This document shows, piece after piece, positions 20,721 to 28,890 of a DNA stretch of 64,000 nt. Location of the stretch: assembly GCA_963826115.1 (NCBI GenBank), contig CAWGVS010000001.1:1-64000 (forward strand), written 5' to 3'. Under the pieces are notes generated by a model that saw nothing but the letters and a program-made list of their open reading frames with translations, made no database searches and was not told the origin of the DNA. Numbering within the stretch: position 1 is the first letter of the stretch; each line of letters starts with the position of its first letter. A program made the position numbers and the translations under genes. Source of the DNA: an uncultured Candidatus Rokubacteria bacterium (lineage in GTDB: Bacteria; Methylomirabilota; Methylomirabilia; Rokubacteriales; DASRDR01).

Positions 20721-22097
20721 ATGAACGACAAGACGATCCAGGACTTCCGGAGCAAGCTCCGCGGCGAGCTGATCACGCCCGCCGACGCCACCTACGAGAC
20801 GGCGCGCAAGGTCTACAACGCCATGATCGACCGGCGCCCCGCGCTGATCGCGCGCTGCCAGGACGCGGCGGACGTCATCGCCGGTGTCACCTTCGCCGGG
20901 GAGCAGGGGCTCGCGCTCGCGGTGCGCGGGGGCGCGCACAACGGGCCCGGCCTCGGCACCGTCGACGGGGGACTGGTCCTCGACCTGGCGCCGATGAAGG
21001 GCGTCCGCGTCGACCCGGCGAGCCGCACGGTCCGGGTCGCCGGCGGCGCGGTGTGGGGGGAGGTCGACCATGCCACGCACCCCTTCGGGCTGGCGGTGCC
21101 GAGCGGCTTCATCTCGACGACCGGCGTGGGCGGCCTGACGCTCGGCGGCGGGATTGGCTACCTGACGCGTCGCTATGGCCTCACGATCGACAGCCTCCTC
21201 GAGGTCGACATGGTGCTGGCCGACGGGCGCTTCGTCACCGCGAGCGCCCGGGAGCACCCCGACCTCTTCTGGGCGGTGCGAGGCGGCGGCGGGAACTTCG
21301 GCGCGGTGACGTCGTTCCTGTTCCAGGGCCATCCCGTGAGCACGGTCTACGGCGGGCCGATCTTCTATCCGTTCGAGAAGGGGCCCGAGGTGATCCAGTA
21401 CTGGCAGGACCTCATGCTGAAGGCGCCGGAGGACCTGAACGGGTGGTTCGGGTTCGTCACCGTGCCGCCGGTGCCGATGTTCCCGACGGAGCACCACCTG
21501 AAGAAGATGGGCGTGATCGTGTGGTGCTACACGGGAGACCCGAAGAAGGCGCCCGACGTCTTCAAGCCGATCCGGGCGGCGCTGCCGCCGGTGATGGATT
21601 TCGCCGGCCCGATCCCCTTCCCGGTCCTCCAGAGCCTGTTCGACGCGCTGTATCCCTCGGGCCACCAGTGGTACTGGAAGGCCGACTTCTTCCGCGAGAT
21701 CAGCGACCGGGCGATCGGCATCCACATGAAGCACGCGGCAGAGCTGCCGTCGCCACAGTCCACGATGCACCTCTACCCGATCAACGGAGCGGCGCACCGC
21801 GCGGGCAAGGGCGACACGGCCTGGAGCTTCCGCGACGCCAACTTCAGCGAGGTCATCGTGGGCGTCGACCCGGACCCGGCGATGAGCCCGCGGCTCACCG
21901 AGTGGGCCCGCGACTACTGGACGGCGCTCCACCCGCTCTCGGCCGGCGGCGGCTACGTCAACATGATGATGGACGAGGGCGAGGACAACGTGAAGGCCGC
22001 GTACCGCGACAACTACAATCGGCTGGCCGCGGTCAAGAAGGCCGTCGACCCGGCGAACCTCTTCCGGATCAACCAGAACATCAAGCCGGCGGCCTGA
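20721..22097 (+). CDS. FAD-linked oxidase (VAO/BBE family)
   Basis: RGGAHN FAD-His motif, TGVGGLTLGGG, DLFWAVRGGGGNFG, YVN...DPANLFRINQNI BBE tail; AGGAGG RBS. Confidence 0.9.
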   Translation: MNDKTIQDFRSKLRGELITPADATYETARKVYNAMIDRRPALIARCQDAADVIAGVTFAGEQGLALAVRGGAHNGPGLGTVDGGLVLDLAPMKGVRVDPASRTVRVAGGAVWGEVDHATHPFGLAVPSGFISTTGVGGLTLGGGIGYLTRRYGLTIDSLLEVDMVLADGRFVTASAREHPDLFWAVRGGGGNFGAVTSFLFQGHPVSTVYGGPIFYPFEKGPEVIQYWQDLMLKAPEDLNGWFGFVTVPPVPMFPTEHHLKKMGVIVWCYTGDPKKAPDVFKPIRAALPPVMDFAGPIPFPVLQSLFDALYPSGHQWYWKADFFREISDRAIGIHMKHAAELPSPQSTMHLYPINGAAHRAGKGDTAWSFRDANFSEVIVGVDPDPAMSPRLTEWARDYWTALHPLSAGGGYVNMMMDEGEDNVKAAYRDNYNRLAAVKKAVDPANLFRINQNIKPAA

Positions 22098-22199
22098 CCG
22101 CCGGCCGCGCGCGGAGGCCGTCCGGGGAAACCCCCGGATGGCGAGCGGGCCGACGCGGAGCCCTGGAAGGCCTGCCCTTCCGGGGCTCTCGCGCGTCGG

Positions 22200-22239
22200 T
22201 GCACTGCCCACAGGGCACCGTTGCACTGTAGACAGTGCA
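22200..22239. promoter_or_regulatory. Tandem palindromic candidate enhancer (bEBP UAS) sites
   Basis: Perfect palindrome TGCACTGT-AG-ACAGTGCA (22222-22239) plus degenerate copy TGCACTGCCCACAGGGCA (22200-22217). Confidence 0.5.
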
Positions 22240-22387
22240 GCGAATCTAAGATCTCGCCGCATAAGGGCTCCGGCCGCGTCCGGCGGCCCGGCCGCCTGCC
22301 CCCTGCAACGTGGACTGTGCAGGTGCCGCCGTCGGGGCGGCACGGCTAACTTCGTGTGACGACACGCTTCGGGCCTCGGCGCTCCAC

Positions 22388-22403
22388 TGGCACCTCCCTT
22401 GCT
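22388..22403 (+). promoter_or_regulatory. Sigma54 -24/-12 promoter of the radical SAM operon
   Basis: TGGCACCTCCCTTGCT matches TGGCAC-N5-TTGCW; ends about 55 bp upstream of ATG 22459. Confidence 0.75.
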
Positions 22404-22458
22404 CGATCCGCGGCGCGGGAAGTGTGTCGTCAATTCCGGGCACAGGACGGAGGGGTCG

Positions 22459-22776
22459 ATGGCGAAGAAGAAGAGCAGCGCTCGAGGGTCCGCGCGTCTA
22501 CCGGCTCGCGTGAGGAAGGCCGACATCGCTCGCCTCCTGAGGTCGGCGCAGATGGACGGCGTCAAGCTCGTCGAGTACTTCCCGATCGGCATCCCCGCGC
22601 CGGACGGCGGCTGGGGCGTCTGGCACGTGCGGCCCGGGAAGGTCGGCTCGCTGATCGAGGCGATCCTGAAGAATCGCGTCATCCCCGGCATCAAGGTGTT
22701 CCCGAAGGGCATCCCGTGGCCGGAGATCTTCGAGGTCAGCTTCGAGGTCGGGTCCGGCCGCACGCAGGGCCACTGA
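22459..22776 (+). CDS. 105-aa protein with duplicated FPxGIPxP[DE] motif; candidate radical SAM substrate/precursor
   Basis: GGAGGGG RBS; FPIGIPAPD (aa 41-49) and FPKGIPWPE (aa 81-89); GC-biased third positions. Confidence 0.8.
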   Translation: MAKKKSSARGSARLPARVRKADIARLLRSAQMDGVKLVEYFPIGIPAPDGGWGVWHVRPGKVGSLIEAILKNRVIPGIKVFPKGIPWPEIFEVSFEVGSGRTQGH

Positions 22777-22906
22777 GCCCGGAGCGCGGCTCGCCCGGAT
22801 AGCCTCCGGCGGCGAGCGCCGCACGCGCCTGTCCCCGCGCCCGCCGTCAGGGGTCCGGGGGCACCGCCGCGGGGCGCCGGCCGAGCCGCACGCTTCACTC
22901 ACGATC

Positions 22907-24079
22907 ATGCCGCCGACGGGTCGTCACCGGATCCTCCAGATCCACCCGACGCGACTCTGCAACCTGCTCTGTCGCCACTGCTACTCCGACTCGGGGCCGA
23001 CCGCGCGCGGCGCCATCGAGCCGGGCGTGCTCGCGGCCGTCGTGGGCGACGCCGCCGGGCTCGGCTACTCGACCCTCGCGGTCTCGGGCGGCGAGCCGTT
23101 CCTCTACCCGGGACTGGCCGCGGTGCTGGCCGGCGCGAAGGCGTTCGGCATGACGACGACGGTGACCACGAACGGCACCGTCCTGACCGAGCGCCGCGTC
23201 GACCAGGTCTCGGGGCTCGTGGACCTCCTCGCGGTGAGCCTCGACGGCATGCCGGCCTCGCACGACGAGATGCGCGGGTCGCCGCGGGCCTTCGAGGCGA
23301 TGGCCGCGCGGCTCGACCTCGTGCGTCGCGCGGGGATCCCGTTCGGCTTCATCTTCACGCTGACGCTCCACAACGTGCACGAGCTCGCCTGGGTGGCCGA
23401 GTTCGCCGAGTCCCAGGGCGCGCGGCTCCTCCAGATCCATCCACTCGAGGAGGCCGGCCGCGCCGCGCTCGGGCTGGCGGGCCGCCCGCCCGACACGGTC
23501 GAGGGCGGCTACGCGTTCCTCGAGGCCGTGCGTCTCGAGCAGCGGGCCGGGGGCCGGCTCCGGATCCAGCTCGACCTGACCAACGGCATCATCGTCTCGC
23601 ACGACCCGGGGGCGGTGCTGGGCGCCGCCGACGGCCCGGCGGCCGACGCCCCGTTCGCCGACCTGGTATCGCCGCTGGTGATCGAGGCCGACGGGACGGC
23701 CGTCCCGCTCACCTACGGATTCCCCCGGCGCTTCGCGCTGGGCAACGTCCACGCCGAGCGGTTGCCGGCGCTCGCCGCGCGCTGGCGCGACGAGCGGCGC
23801 GCGGCCTTCGAGGCGGTCTGCCGCGGTGTGTACCGGCGCCTCGTCAGCCGGCGGCGCACGGCGATGGTGAACTGGTACGACCTCGTGGCGCGGGCGGCGG
23901 CGCTCCGCGAGGCGCCCGGCCGCCCGGCGCTCGCCCTGGCCCGGGTCGCGCCGCCCGCCGATTCCCCGCGCCCGGCCCCAGCCAACCCCGGTCCGCCCGG
24001 CCTCACCGCGCCGTCTCCGCGGGCCCGCACTCCGCGCCGGCGGCTGTCCGCCTCCCTGGGCCGCCACGGAACCCGCTAG
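22907..24079 (+). CDS. Radical SAM enzyme (PqqE/SPASM-like core, Cys-free C-terminal domain)
   Basis: CNLLCRHC (CxxxCxxC), SGGEP, TTNG, VSLDG...HDEMRG. Confidence 0.9.
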   Translation: MPPTGRHRILQIHPTRLCNLLCRHCYSDSGPTARGAIEPGVLAAVVGDAAGLGYSTLAVSGGEPFLYPGLAAVLAGAKAFGMTTTVTTNGTVLTERRVDQVSGLVDLLAVSLDGMPASHDEMRGSPRAFEAMAARLDLVRRAGIPFGFIFTLTLHNVHELAWVAEFAESQGARLLQIHPLEEAGRAALGLAGRPPDTVEGGYAFLEAVRLEQRAGGRLRIQLDLTNGIIVSHDPGAVLGAADGPAADAPFADLVSPLVIEADGTAVPLTYGFPRRFALGNVHAERLPALAARWRDERRAAFEAVCRGVYRRLVSRRRTAMVNWYDLVARAAALREAPGRPALALARVAPPADSPRPAPANPGPPGLTAPSPRARTPRRRLSASLGRHGTR

Positions 24080-24130
24080 ACCGAGGAGACCGAGAGACCG
24101 AGAAGACCGACCACCCGGAGGTGCATCGCC

Positions 24131-26185
24131 ATGGCACGTCGACAGGTCCGCCCCGCTGTCCGCCGGGAACGCCCGCGAGTCCCCGTCCGGCGCTGCGTCA
24201 CGATGGAGCAGCACTGGCGCCTCATCAGGAAGTCGCCGGAGTACCGCTGGCGCCGGCTCCAGATCGAGCGCGAGATCCAGGACTGGCTGCGCCGCTACGG
24301 CGGGGCCGGGGCCCGCACCGGGCTGATCCGCATCCCGGTGGTCGTCCACGTGCTCTACAACACGCCCGCGCAGAACATCCCGGACTCGCAGATCACGAGC
24401 CAGATCACGGTGCTCAACGCCGACTTCCGGCGGCTGAACGCCGACGCCACGTCGACGCCGATGGCGTTCGCCGGCGTCGCGGCCGACGCCCGGCTCGAGT
24501 TCGCGCTCGCGGTGCGCGACCCGAGCTGCGCCGCGACCACCGGCATCACGCGGACGGCCACCGCGACGACCGGCTGGACCTTCCCGAGCGACGCGATGAA
24601 GTCCGCGGCCACGGGCGGCCACGACCCGTGGGACGTCACCAAGTACCTCAACATCTGGATCGTGAACTACACCGACGGCACGCTCGGCTACGGCACGTTC
24701 CCGGGGATGCCGGCGAACATCCAGGGGGTCGTCTGCGACTTCCGGGCCTTCGGCACGACCGGGACCCTCACCACGCACGCGGCCGGCGGCCGGACGGCGA
24801 CGCACGAGATCGGTCACTGGTTGAACCTCAACCACATCTGGGGCGACGACGGGTCCGCGTGCACCGGGTCGGACAACGTGGCCGACACGCCGAACCAGGC
24901 GGGCGCGAGCCCGTTCGCGGCCTGCCGGACCTTCCCGGCGGTCACCTGCATGAACGGCCCGAACGGCGACATGTTCATGAACTACATGGACTACTCCGCC
25001 GACGAGTGCATGAACATGTTCACGGCCGGCCAGGTGGAGCGGATGGACGCCGCGCTCCACACGCAGCGCACGGGCATCCTGGCCTCGGACGGCCTCGTGC
25101 CCCCGAGCGGCGGCGCCGCCCCCGACCTCTGGTCGAAGGACGTCTCCGACGACTTCGGGGCGGAGCCCGACCCGTCGGCCCAGCCGATGTACATCAGCGA
25201 CGACATCTGGGTGCGCACGAGCAACGACGGGCTCCTGAACCAGGACCACCAGAACCCGGAGTATCGCCCGCCCGGCTCGGCGTCGAACTACGTGTACGTG
25301 CGCGTGCGGAACCGCGGCTGCACCGGGAGCGCCGCGATGTCGGGCACGGTCAAGCTCTACTGGGCGAAGGCGTCGTCGGGCCTGTCCTGGCCGGCGCCGT
25401 GGGACGGGAGCGTCACCTCGCCGGTCCTCATGGGCGGCGCGATCGGGTCCCAGCCGGTGTCGGTCGTGGGCGGGGACGACGAGATCCTGGTGTTCCCGTG
25501 GATGCCGCCGAACCCCGCCGACTACGCGATGTTCGGCGCCGACCAGGGGCACTTCTGCCTGCTCTCGCGGATCGAGACCTCGACGACCGCGCCGTTCGGC
25601 ATGACGAGCCCCGAGACGGGGAACCTCTACGCGAACGTCCAGAACAACAACAACATCGTCTGGAAGAACATCACCGTGGTCGACGACGTCGCCGGGAGCG
25701 GGCGCCTCTCCGGCCTCCTGGTGGCGAACTTCCGGAAGGAGCGGGAGCGCGTGACGCTCGTGTTCCGCGCCCCCAAGGACGAGCGCCCGTCCATCTTCGA
25801 CTGGGGGCAGGTGCTGATCGAGCTGCCCAAGGAGCTCGCGCGGCGCGTGCCGAAGGGCGGGACGCAGGCCGCGCGCCTCAGGCAGGTCGACGACTCGACC
25901 TACCTCCTCCTCGGAACGGACGCGCGCCTCGGGCCCTTCGACCTCCGGCCCCGGGAGATCCACGGCGTGCGCGTCCGCTTCGTGCCGGCGCACCGGCGCC
26001 CCCTCGGCGTGCGCGTCCTCGCGCTCGACGTGCTCCACATCGCGAAAGAGGCGATCGTCGGCGGGCAGCGGTACGTGGTCAAGACGCGGGCCGAGCGACT
26101 CCCTGCCGACGACCCGCCGACCGTGTTCGACGGCGTGACCTGGGTTCCGAAAGGCAAGGGTGGCGGCTGCAAGTGCCAGGACTAG
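24131..26185 (+). CDS. Zinc metalloprotease, M43 (pappalysin/ulilysin) family, with C-terminal accessory domains
   Basis: RIPVVVHVLY, YLNIW, HEIGHWLNLNH zinc motif, DNVADTP, Met-turn NYMDYS; GGAGG RBS. Confidence 0.88.
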   Translation: MARRQVRPAVRRERPRVPVRRCVTMEQHWRLIRKSPEYRWRRLQIEREIQDWLRRYGGAGARTGLIRIPVVVHVLYNTPAQNIPDSQITSQITVLNADFRRLNADATSTPMAFAGVAADARLEFALAVRDPSCAATTGITRTATATTGWTFPSDAMKSAATGGHDPWDVTKYLNIWIVNYTDGTLGYGTFPGMPANIQGVVCDFRAFGTTGTLTTHAAGGRTATHEIGHWLNLNHIWGDDGSACTGSDNVADTPNQAGASPFAACRTFPAVTCMNGPNGDMFMNYMDYSADECMNMFTAGQVERMDAALHTQRTGILASDGLVPPSGGAAPDLWSKDVSDDFGAEPDPSAQPMYISDDIWVRTSNDGLLNQDHQNPEYRPPGSASNYVYVRVRNRGCTGSAAMSGTVKLYWAKASSGLSWPAPWDGSVTSPVLMGGAIGSQPVSVVGGDDEILVFPWMPPNPADYAMFGADQGHFCLLSRIETSTTAPFGMTSPETGNLYANVQNNNNIVWKNITVVDDVAGSGRLSGLLVANFRKERERVTLVFRAPKDERPSIFDWGQVLIELPKELARRVPKGGTQAARLRQVDDSTYLLLGTDARLGPFDLRPREIHGVRVRFVPAHRRPLGVRVLALDVLHIAKEAIVGGQRYVVKTRAERLPADDPPTVFDGVTWVPKGKGGGCKCQD

Positions 26186-26232
26186 CGTCCGAGCGCGCCT
26201 GACGACGATCAGGCGAGAGGGGAGGCAGGATC

Positions 26233-26715
26233 ATGGCGCCGCGCGACAACAAGCTGGTGATCGACTTCCTGGCGCGACAGGCGGGCGAGGACCTGCTGGA
26301 GGCGCTGAACACGCTGGCGGGCCTGAAGTTCCCGATCCCGGACCAGCTGTCCTTCGAGGCGGCGCTCGAGCCTCAGGGGACGGAGGACCAGCACAAGAAG
26401 GAGCTCCGGCACGTCTTCGGCCCCCAGGACTTCCCGATCCTGTCGCCCCAGAGCGCGCTGGAGAAGTACTACGCGAAGCTCCTCCCGATCCCTCCGGCCC
26501 TGTCCCTTCCGCCGCGCGACCTGCCGGACTTCCAGGAGCGGCCGTCCGCGTGCGAGATCTACGATGACACGTTCGGGCGCAGGACGGCCGCGGCCACGTG
26601 CGCCTGTCGGACCTTCGCCGAGGCTCTCCGTCAGGGATTCACTCCGCTGCAGGCCACGATCATCGGCCACTTCGCCGGACGCCGGGTGCAGAGCGGGCGC
26701 CCGTGTCCCTCGTGA
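26233..26715 (+). CDS. Hypothetical protein (possible MTH865-like N-domain, Cys-rich C-terminus)
   Basis: GGAGG RBS; LKFPIPD...QDFPILSPQSALE; four Cys in the last 56 aa. Confidence 0.65.
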   Translation: MAPRDNKLVIDFLARQAGEDLLEALNTLAGLKFPIPDQLSFEAALEPQGTEDQHKKELRHVFGPQDFPILSPQSALEKYYAKLLPIPPALSLPPRDLPDFQERPSACEIYDDTFGRRTAAATCACRTFAEALRQGFTPLQATIIGHFAGRRVQSGRPCPS

Positions 26716-26769
26716 GAGACTCGGTCCAGAGCTCCGGAGGGCCACACGCGTCGTGACAAAGGGACGAGG

Positions 26770-27714
26770 ATGCGCCCGCTCGAGCGGGCCCGCCCGAGCC
26801 TGTCGATGGTCCACGGACCGGAGAGACCGCGCCTCGCCAGGGCGTCGCCCCTCCTCGTCGCTCTCTTGGTCCTCCTTGCCGCGCCGGCCGCGCGCGCGCA
26901 GCCGGCGCTCCGGTACGATCGCCCGCCCGGCTTCTTCGGGGGCGGCGGCGATCCGCCGGAGACCTGGATCTCGATCAACGGCGACGGCCTCATCACCATC
27001 TATCCGTTCCGTCCCTTCACGGGCGACTTCCGGAGCCACTTCGTCGAGACGCGCTTCACCGAGCGGATCGAGAAGGACCGCGAGACGCGCGTCCTGACCT
27101 CGCCGTCCGCCGACGACGTGAAGGTCCCCGGCGCCGACGTCGCCGTGTGGTCCCTCTTCCGGGCCGACCACTCTGGCTACGTGCGGGAGCACGGGCGGCT
27201 CGCCGTGCTGGCGCGCGGCCAGGTCGCCGTCGTCGACGTGCACTCGAGCAGTCCGGAAGCCTGGACGCGGAGCTGGCCCGGCGCGCTCGCCCTCCTGCAG
27301 TCGCTGAGCGTGCTGGCCGAGGCGCCCCGTCCCATGGTGCCCGGCCCCATGCCCGGGCCCGTCGGTCAGGTGGCGGGTCTCTATGTCGGCTCGACCCTGG
27401 TCTTCCAGGGCAATCCGATGGGACCGGTCGGAAGCGGGACTTGGGTGCCCGAGACGAAGTGGTATCTACTTTCGGGGGACGGCCGCGTCCAGAGTGGGTT
27501 CCGGATTCGGCAGGCGCCGAACGGCGACATCCGGCTGTTCGACTACGACGCGGCCCGGCGGAAGGACCCCGCCTTCGGCGGCACCTACTCCGTCGAGGCG
27601 CGACAGGTGACGCTCAGGCTCGGAAACGAGACGGTCGTCGCCGACCTCACGCCCGAGGGCCACCTTGTCATCCGCGACACCATCTACCGAAGGTCGGTCC
27701 TCAAGGACCCGTGA
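26770..27714 (+). CDS. Secreted hypothetical protein
   Basis: Hydrophobic signal ending AARA-Q; coding-like composition; start uncertain. Confidence 0.65.
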   Translation: MRPLERARPSLSMVHGPERPRLARASPLLVALLVLLAAPAARAQPALRYDRPPGFFGGGGDPPETWISINGDGLITIYPFRPFTGDFRSHFVETRFTERIEKDRETRVLTSPSADDVKVPGADVAVWSLFRADHSGYVREHGRLAVLARGQVAVVDVHSSSPEAWTRSWPGALALLQSLSVLAEAPRPMVPGPMPGPVGQVAGLYVGSTLVFQGNPMGPVGSGTWVPETKWYLLSGDGRVQSGFRIRQAPNGDIRLFDYDAARRKDPAFGGTYSVEARQVTLRLGNETVVADLTPEGHLVIRDTIYRRSVLKDP

Positions 27715-28786
27715 GCCCGGCGCCGCCGGGATCCGGCGTCAGGCAGGTCGCGACCACGTACTCGCACAGGCGCTCGACGGTGTGGTTCCGCTCGACGTGC
27801 TCCCGGGCCGCCGCGGCCATCCGGACGAGGTGCGCCTTGTCGGCGAGCGCCTCCTCCACGGCGCGCGCGAGGCCCGCGCCCTCCACCGGGTAGTAGAAGC
27901 CGTGGACGCCGTCCTCGAGGGGCGCGTGGCGGTGGATCGTCGGGTAGTTCATGACGGGCACCGTGCCACAGAGCGGCGCCTCGTAGTGGCGGAAGCAGTC
28001 CCAGCCGTAGCCCTCGGGCGACCACGCGAGCCACGCGCGGGCGCACCGCGCGTAGAACTCCTCGGGCGGGACGCGCTCGGGCGCCACGTCGATCCGGTAC
28101 CCGCGCCGGCGGAGGTCCTCGAGCTGTGCGAGCCCCGCCGCGCGGACCGTGGAGGACCCCTCGAGCCGCCCCGCGAAGAAGACGTCCACGGTCTTCTCCC
28201 GCGGGCCGCACGCGGCGATCGCGGCCACGCGCGCCGGCGTGAGCCCGAGGGACAGGGGGCGGAGCTTCGCGACCCGCGCCTGCATCCGCGGGGACTCCCG
28301 GACCCGCGCCCACGGGAGCCGCCGCCCGCCCGTCCGGAGGAAGACCTTCCAGTGGTCGGCCGGCAGCTCGCGCTTGAAGTAGGCGCGGCACCGGTCGAGC
28401 CACGGCACGTTGTGCGGCATGACGACGGGCTGGTCACCGATGTCGATCACCGCGAGGGGCGTGGCCGTCCGGCGGAGCAGGAGGAACGGCGCGAGCTGGC
28501 GGAGGAAGAGCGATCCGGCCCGCCAGCCGTGATGCCGCACGAGCCCCGCCGCCGGCCGCGGCTGCCAGGGCGTGTCCGGGGGCGGATAGCAGACCACGAG
28601 ATCGAACGCGCCCGCCCGGAGGGCGCGCAGGACCGCCGGCACGTGGCGGAGCGCGAAGGGCTCGTGCGGCACCCCCTCGACGTCGCTCGGCCGGTGGCCG
28701 GTCCAGAGGCAGCGCGTCCGGTCGGGCCACGCGCGCGCGAAGAGCGAGAACTGGCCGACCTCGAGGATGCGCGGCCCTCCGGGCAT
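27701..28786 (-). CDS. Glycosyltransferase-like protein (GT-B/exostosin-like C-terminus)
   Basis: YFKRE, DVFFAG, WSPEGYGWDCFRHYEA, AREHVERNHT. Confidence 0.65.
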   Translation of the reverse strand: MPGGPRILEVGQFSLFARAWPDRTRCLWTGHRPSDVEGVPHEPFALRHVPAVLRALRAGAFDLVVCYPPPDTPWQPRPAAGLVRHHGWRAGSLFLRQLAPFLLLRRTATPLAVIDIGDQPVVMPHNVPWLDRCRAYFKRELPADHWKVFLRTGGRRLPWARVRESPRMQARVAKLRPLSLGLTPARVAAIAACGPREKTVDVFFAGRLEGSSTVRAAGLAQLEDLRRRGYRIDVAPERVPPEEFYARCARAWLAWSPEGYGWDCFRHYEAPLCGTVPVMNYPTIHRHAPLEDGVHGFYYPVEGAGLARAVEEALADKAHLVRMAAAAREHVERNHTVERLCEYVVATCLTPDPGGAGLTGP

Positions 28787-28890
28787 GACGGCCCAGCAGA
28801 GCACCGTCCTCCGCACGCCGTCAAGCAACGGCGACACGGAGCGGCGCCTTGCCTCGGCGCTCCGCCGTGGACTACGCTGAGGCAGGCCCC

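Noticed and set aside
22907-24079. PqqE, NirJ or MftC assignment for the radical SAM enzyme
   Set aside because: It lacks the SPASM cysteines and the pqq, nir/ahb or mft neighbours; the PqqD gene 20 kb away belongs to another operon.
22895-26038. 1047-aa minus-strand ORF and similar long ORFs (15907..18720, 20583..22898, 46742..48979, 59448..60899)
   Set aside because: Antisense shadows of well-supported genes in high-GC DNA, with no motifs.
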